DNA of 20,380 nucleotides from a virus (Duplodnaviria; Heunggongvirae; Uroviricota; Caudoviricetes): IMG/VR virus record IMGVR_UViG_3300045988_001600, positions 1 to 20,380 of that record; one strand, 5' to 3'. Shown piece by piece: positions 19,789 to 20,380 of this stretch (position 1 is its first letter; each line of letters starts with the position of its first letter). The notes under the pieces were generated by a model. It saw only the letters and a program-made list of their open reading frames with translations, ran no database searches and was not told where the DNA came from. The position numbers and the translations under genes were made by a program.

Positions 19789-19880
19789 TTCTTCTATCAG
19801 CTAATAATCAAAGGCATGAAGTCTATCATCCAAGTCTCAATCGATCGATACTTGCTGTGGTTGATGAGAAAAAACTGAGA

Positions 19881-19916
19881 CACACAAAGCTTTGCACTGG
19901 ATTGCAAGGCTTTGTG
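19881..19916. repeat. Roughly 36-bp imperfect palindrome upstream of gtrA
   Basis: ACACAAAGCTTTGCACTGGATTGCAAGGCTTTGTGT: 9-bp outer arms (ACACAAAGC / GCTTTGTGT) with nested palindromes CAAAGCTTTG and TTGCAA. On the - strand it is followed, after about 7 nt, by TTTTTT. Confidence 0.45.
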
Positions 19917-19928
19917 TCATTCGATAGC

Positions 19929-19950
19929 TAAGGTGGATCACTCCACCTTT
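19929..19950 (+). terminator. Candidate rho-independent terminator hairpin (+ strand orientation)
   Basis: AAGGTGGA tcac TCCACCTT followed by TTTT: perfect 8-bp stem, 4-nt loop, T-run on the + strand only. No convincing + strand gene lies upstream, so its role is unclear. Confidence 0.4.
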
Positions 19951-20380
19951 TCATCAAGCCAGTCCGCCCACCACTGCATCATTTCTCTGCGCTTATCGTG
20001 GCAGATGCCTCACTATCACACGGTGATGGTTCATTACTGGTTTGCATAATGGATAGAGAACTGAGGATAAAAGATATCCCAAAACCCCAAAATCTCATCT
20101 TTAGAATTTGCAGAAAGGGAGGCGTGAACAAATACCTGCGCATGAAAACGGAACTAGTCCAGATGTGATATTTGTGGTGATCACATACATCATCAACGAT
20201 GCTCGTTATGGTGAGTTTGATGACTACCCGCTGAAGTGAAAATAGTGTTGTGTACCAAATTGCGTACCAAACTAAAATCACAAATCATGAAACCCTTGTT
20301 CATGGCGGTTCTCAGGGGTATTGCGCGTAATCGTGAAACAAAAAGGTAGATTGTTGCTTACCGTCATTCATCATTAGGTT

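Noticed and set aside
19740-19931. 63-aa plus-strand ORF overlapping the gtrA start in antisense.
   Set aside because: No ATG start or ribosome-binding site, and it overlaps the well-supported gtrA. Only the hairpin just downstream is retained as a feature.
19979-20281. 100-aa minus-strand ORF in the right-end non-coding region.
   Set aside because: W/Y/F/I-rich protein with no ribosome-binding site; it spans palindromes and repeats and looks like a chance open frame in AT-rich DNA.
19789-20380. Dam/OxyR phase-variation switch for the gtr operon, as described for Salmonella gtr clusters.
   Set aside because: I see only three scattered GATC sites (about 19843, 19937, 20178), not the clustered paired arrangement with OxyR half-sites. 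Not supported by the sequence.
19789-20380. tRNA gene or tRNA 3'-end fragment marking an att core.
   Set aside because: No acceptor/T-arm-like sequence (GGTTCGA-type T-loop with CCA-proximal stem) found on either strand; a weak resemblance near 19915-19935 to a tRNA anticodon arm is too short to trust.
1-20380. CRISPR arrays, rRNA or tRNA genes, and insertion sequences with terminal inverted repeats.
   Set aside because: No regularly spaced direct repeats, no rRNA- or tRNA-like sequence, and no transposase-like ORF. The only mobile-element-like feature is the homing endonuclease gene.

Overview
This window reads as the late (virion morphogenesis) region of a P22-like short-tailed temperate enterobacterial phage or prophage, with the proteins most closely recalling the Shigella phage Sf6 lineage. 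All identifications are from reading the sequence and from memory of these protein families; no database search was run. On the + strand, in canonical order: two small ORFs, small terminase, large terminase, portal, scaffold, coat, a small ORF, gp4-like head-to-tail adaptor, gp10-like tail hub, knobbed tail needle, a gp14-position protein, three ejection proteins (gp7-, gp20-, gp16-like) and the tailspike. Three accessory elements interrupt or follow this backbone: (1) an HNH homing endonuclease gene inserted at the 5' end of the tail-hub gene, leaving a 34-codon remnant and a recoded intact copy; (2) a lone Mnt-like ribbon-helix-helix repressor on the - strand facing the tailspike, with no arc, ant or sieA; (3) a gtrA-gtrB-gtrC O-antigen glucosylation cassette on the - strand, followed by about 600 bp of structured non-coding DNA that probably adjoins the attachment site. 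I found no CRISPR array, rRNA or tRNA and no clearly novel multi-gene system; the most interesting signals are the homing-endonuclease footprint, the orphan repressor, and the tailspike/gtrC specificity modules. Hand-derived coordinates may be off by a nucleotide or two.
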